Source: an uncultured Candidatus Saccharibacteria bacterium
Lineage (GTDB): Bacteria > Patescibacteriota > Minisyncoccia > Phycocordibacterales > UBA12088
DNA length: 53,363 nt
Direction of reading: 5' to 3'
Assembly: GCA_964568345.1 (NCBI GenBank)
Contig: CAZMPG010000001.1
Location: 1 to 53,363, forward strand
Of the stretch, positions 51,881-53,363 are shown piece by piece. The notes beneath the pieces were generated by a model. That model did not search any database. It had not been told where the DNA came from and saw only the letters and a program-made list of their open reading frames with translations. Made by a program: the position numbers and the translations under genes. The number at the start of each line of letters is the position of its first letter. Within the stretch, counting starts at the first letter, position 1.

Positions 51881-52276
51881 TCACAAGAGCACGTCGTGTA
51901 CCCATCGTACCCGTGCCCGCCGAATCCCCTCGTTTATGAGGACCACCGCGAGGTCTGCTGTCCAGGGTTGCGTCGAGGGCATCCGTCTTTCGGCGAGGTA
52001 GGTCTGCACAGCGCGCGCCATGCGTGCACGTTTCGTTGCGTGCAGGTGATCCTCAGGGCGGTAGATGTCGCTGCCGGGTATCGGCCACGGTCCGTGCCAC
52101 GACCCCGCTTTGACCTCTACGAAGTGTAGAACCTCGTCCTTTTCAGCAACAATATCGAGTTCTCCCCATGGTTTGCGGTAGTTTGTGGCGATAATGCGGA
52201 ACCCGAGGGTCTCGAGCCGTTTTGCAGCGATCTGCTCTCCAAGGAGTCCTATACCAATGTGGCGTGGTTGAGCCAT
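51881..52276 (-). CDS. yraN: YraN family (UPF0102) endonuclease-like protein
   Basis: GLLGEQIAAKRLETLGFRIIATNYRKPWGELDIVAEKDEVLHFVEVKAG. Confidence 0.8.
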   Translation of the reverse strand: MAQPRHIGIGLLGEQIAAKRLETLGFRIIATNYRKPWGELDIVAEKDEVLHFVEVKAGSWHGPWPIPGSDIYRPEDHLHATKRARMARAVQTYLAERRMPSTQPWTADLAVVLINEGIRRARVRWVHDVLL

Positions 52277-52325
52277 ATTCACCAACGACACCTGTCCTTT
52301 ATCCCCATATACACAGAGTTATCCA

Positions 52326-52361
52326 CAACAAAGAGCGGCCCGTGAGAGCCGCTCTTTGTTG
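52326..52361. terminator. 14-bp perfect hairpin abutting the 3' end of tRNA-Gly
   Basis: CAACAAAGAGCGGC (52326-52339) / GCCGCTCTTTGTTG (52348-52361), 8-nt loop. Confidence 0.55.
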
Positions 52362-52435
52362 TGGTGCGGGTAGGGAGAATCGAACTCCCGTCTGCTCCAT
52401 GGCAAGGAGCCATCCTACCACTAAACGATACCCGC
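52362..52435 (-). tRNA. tRNA-Gly (anticodon GCC), CCA encoded
   Basis: Reverse complement reads GCGGGTA-TC-GTTTAGTGGTAGGAT-G-GCTCC-TTGCCAT-GGAGC-AGAC-GGGAG-TTCGATT-CTCCC-TACCCGC-A-CCA. Confidence 0.85.
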
Positions 52436-52451
52436 CCCTCCAGCAGAGCCA

Positions 52452-53258
52452 TCATAGCGGGTGTCGTGCGGTATGTCCAGCCTCGCTGTGGGCACTCCAT
52501 GCGCCAAGGCGAACACTCCAGCCTGTCTCGCATGCTATGGTGAGGAGGTGAGAGATTACTTCGACGTCGGTCGTCTGCGTGAGTACCCGTACGGCATGTT
52601 CGTTGTAGGTGAGTACGGTGTCTCGAAATACAAGCACATCCCACTCTGTGGCGCAGTACGAAGACGGCACAATGTTGAGGAGTACCTGCGACAGGTCGGC
52701 AGCAGTGTGTGGGGCGCTGCTGCGGAGCGCGTCCGCGGTGTGTGTGCAAAGCAGCGCCTCAAGTTTCACTCTCCACTGCACTGCTCTCACCAACACCCCA
52801 AACACCACCTGGGCTCGTGTGCCCGCATCACCTCGCACTCCTCGCAGGAGTATACGAGCCCGCTCACCAGCATGTCGCTCGAATTCTCGGTCAAGTGTTG
52901 AAGAGAGTTGCGCAGGGGTGATTGTGTGCCCAGGTAGAGCATCAACCGCCATCTCATCCCTATCCTGCTGTGGTTCTTCGCTTGGGTCAGTGCGAAGCCG
53001 CGCACTGACCGACGTGAGTGTATCGGCGAGGTGGTTGAGCGGCACGCTGTACTCGAGGTGTCCACCGATCTTAGTGCAGTGTACGAGGCCCTGCACCGTA
53101 AGTCGTCGAACAATCGCGTCAACTGTGGTTCGTGAGAGTCCTGCACGCTGCGCAACTCTCGTCATATTCATGCGCCCAAACGTTGCGAGCGCCACGAATA
53201 CGCGTACCTCGCGCTCGTTGAGGCCGAGGAGACTGAGCTGGTCAAGAAGGAACACCAT
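52452..53258 (-). CDS. TrmB-like winged-helix transcriptional regulator
   Basis: LGLNEREVRVFVALATFGRMNMTRVAQRAGLSRTTVDAIVRRLTVQGLV. TATACT lies 6 nt upstream of the ATG. Confidence 0.7.
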   Translation of the reverse strand: MVFLLDQLSLLGLNEREVRVFVALATFGRMNMTRVAQRAGLSRTTVDAIVRRLTVQGLVHCTKIGGHLEYSVPLNHLADTLTSVSARLRTDPSEEPQQDRDEMAVDALPGHTITPAQLSSTLDREFERHAGERARILLRGVRGDAGTRAQVVFGVLVRAVQWRVKLEALLCTHTADALRSSAPHTAADLSQVLLNIVPSSYCATEWDVLVFRDTVLTYNEHAVRVLTQTTDVEVISHLLTIACETGWSVRLGAWSAHSEAGHTARHPL

Positions 53259-53264
53259 GCCACC

Positions 53265-53270
53265 AGTATA
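53265..53270 (-). promoter_or_regulatory. -10 hexamer TATACT, 6 nt upstream of the TrmB-like ATG
   Basis: Plus strand reads CAT(53256-53258)GCCACCAGTATA. Confidence 0.4.
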
Positions 53271-53363
53271 CCCATGACGATTCTTTCGTCAAAAATAGGT
53301 ATCGGGATACACTAGTGTCCAACAAAAATCTCACCACCCGAGCTTTAACTGCGGATCCGGGGG

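Noticed and set aside
53299-53310. Palindrome GTATC-GG-GATAC upstream of the TrmB-like gene as an autoregulatory operator.
   Set aside because: It has only 5-bp half-sites and is a single occurrence, which is too short to distinguish from chance without comparative data.

Overview
This is a GC-rich bacterial chromosome segment. Its gene content and compact architecture look like a small-genome Patescibacteria/CPR-type organism; that assignment is inference only. The window covers the replication-origin neighbourhood: dnaN and dnaA on the minus strand, then rpmH-rnpA-yidC-jag on the plus strand. A visibly lower-GC two-gene insert sits between dnaA and rpmH. Recognisable housekeeping genes are rpsT, ruvA, a short MurE-like ligase, a SpoU/TrmH methyltransferase, metK, holA, polA, tsaE, a PilB/GspE ATPase, ruvB, a short yebC, ruvC, a class A PBP, rsmA, uvrD/pcrA, a LysM-M23 peptidase, rny, an ECF sigma factor with a DUF5667-like partner, yraN and a TrmB-like regulator. 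There are three tRNAs: Lys-UUU, Pro-UGG and Gly-GCC. No rRNA, CRISPR array, integrase, relaxase or reverse transcriptase was seen. The accessory part is a ~17.5 kb locus at 25.7-43.2 kb, almost all on the minus strand, that resembles a type IV secretion system. It encodes a pilin-like protein, a VirB3/PrgI-like protein, a VirB4 apparently split into two ORFs, and a VirB6/TrbL-like giant membrane protein, plus secreted and anchored proteins of unknown function. The most striking feature in that locus is a tandem pair of large surface-protein genes. They share a perfect 1,649 bp direct repeat encoding an identical 547-aa N-terminal module, followed by unrelated, lower-GC C-terminal tips. Other observations: a ~56 bp promoter module with paired DnaA-box-like motifs, duplicated inside the locus; enrichment of perfect TTATCCACA boxes; a MITE-like element with terminal inverted repeats (two full copies and one fragment); many genes with a -10 hexamer only 6-9 nt from the ATG, suggesting leaderless mRNAs; and several structured intergenic regions. 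Many long ORFs in the six-frame track are antisense artefacts of the high GC content and were not called.
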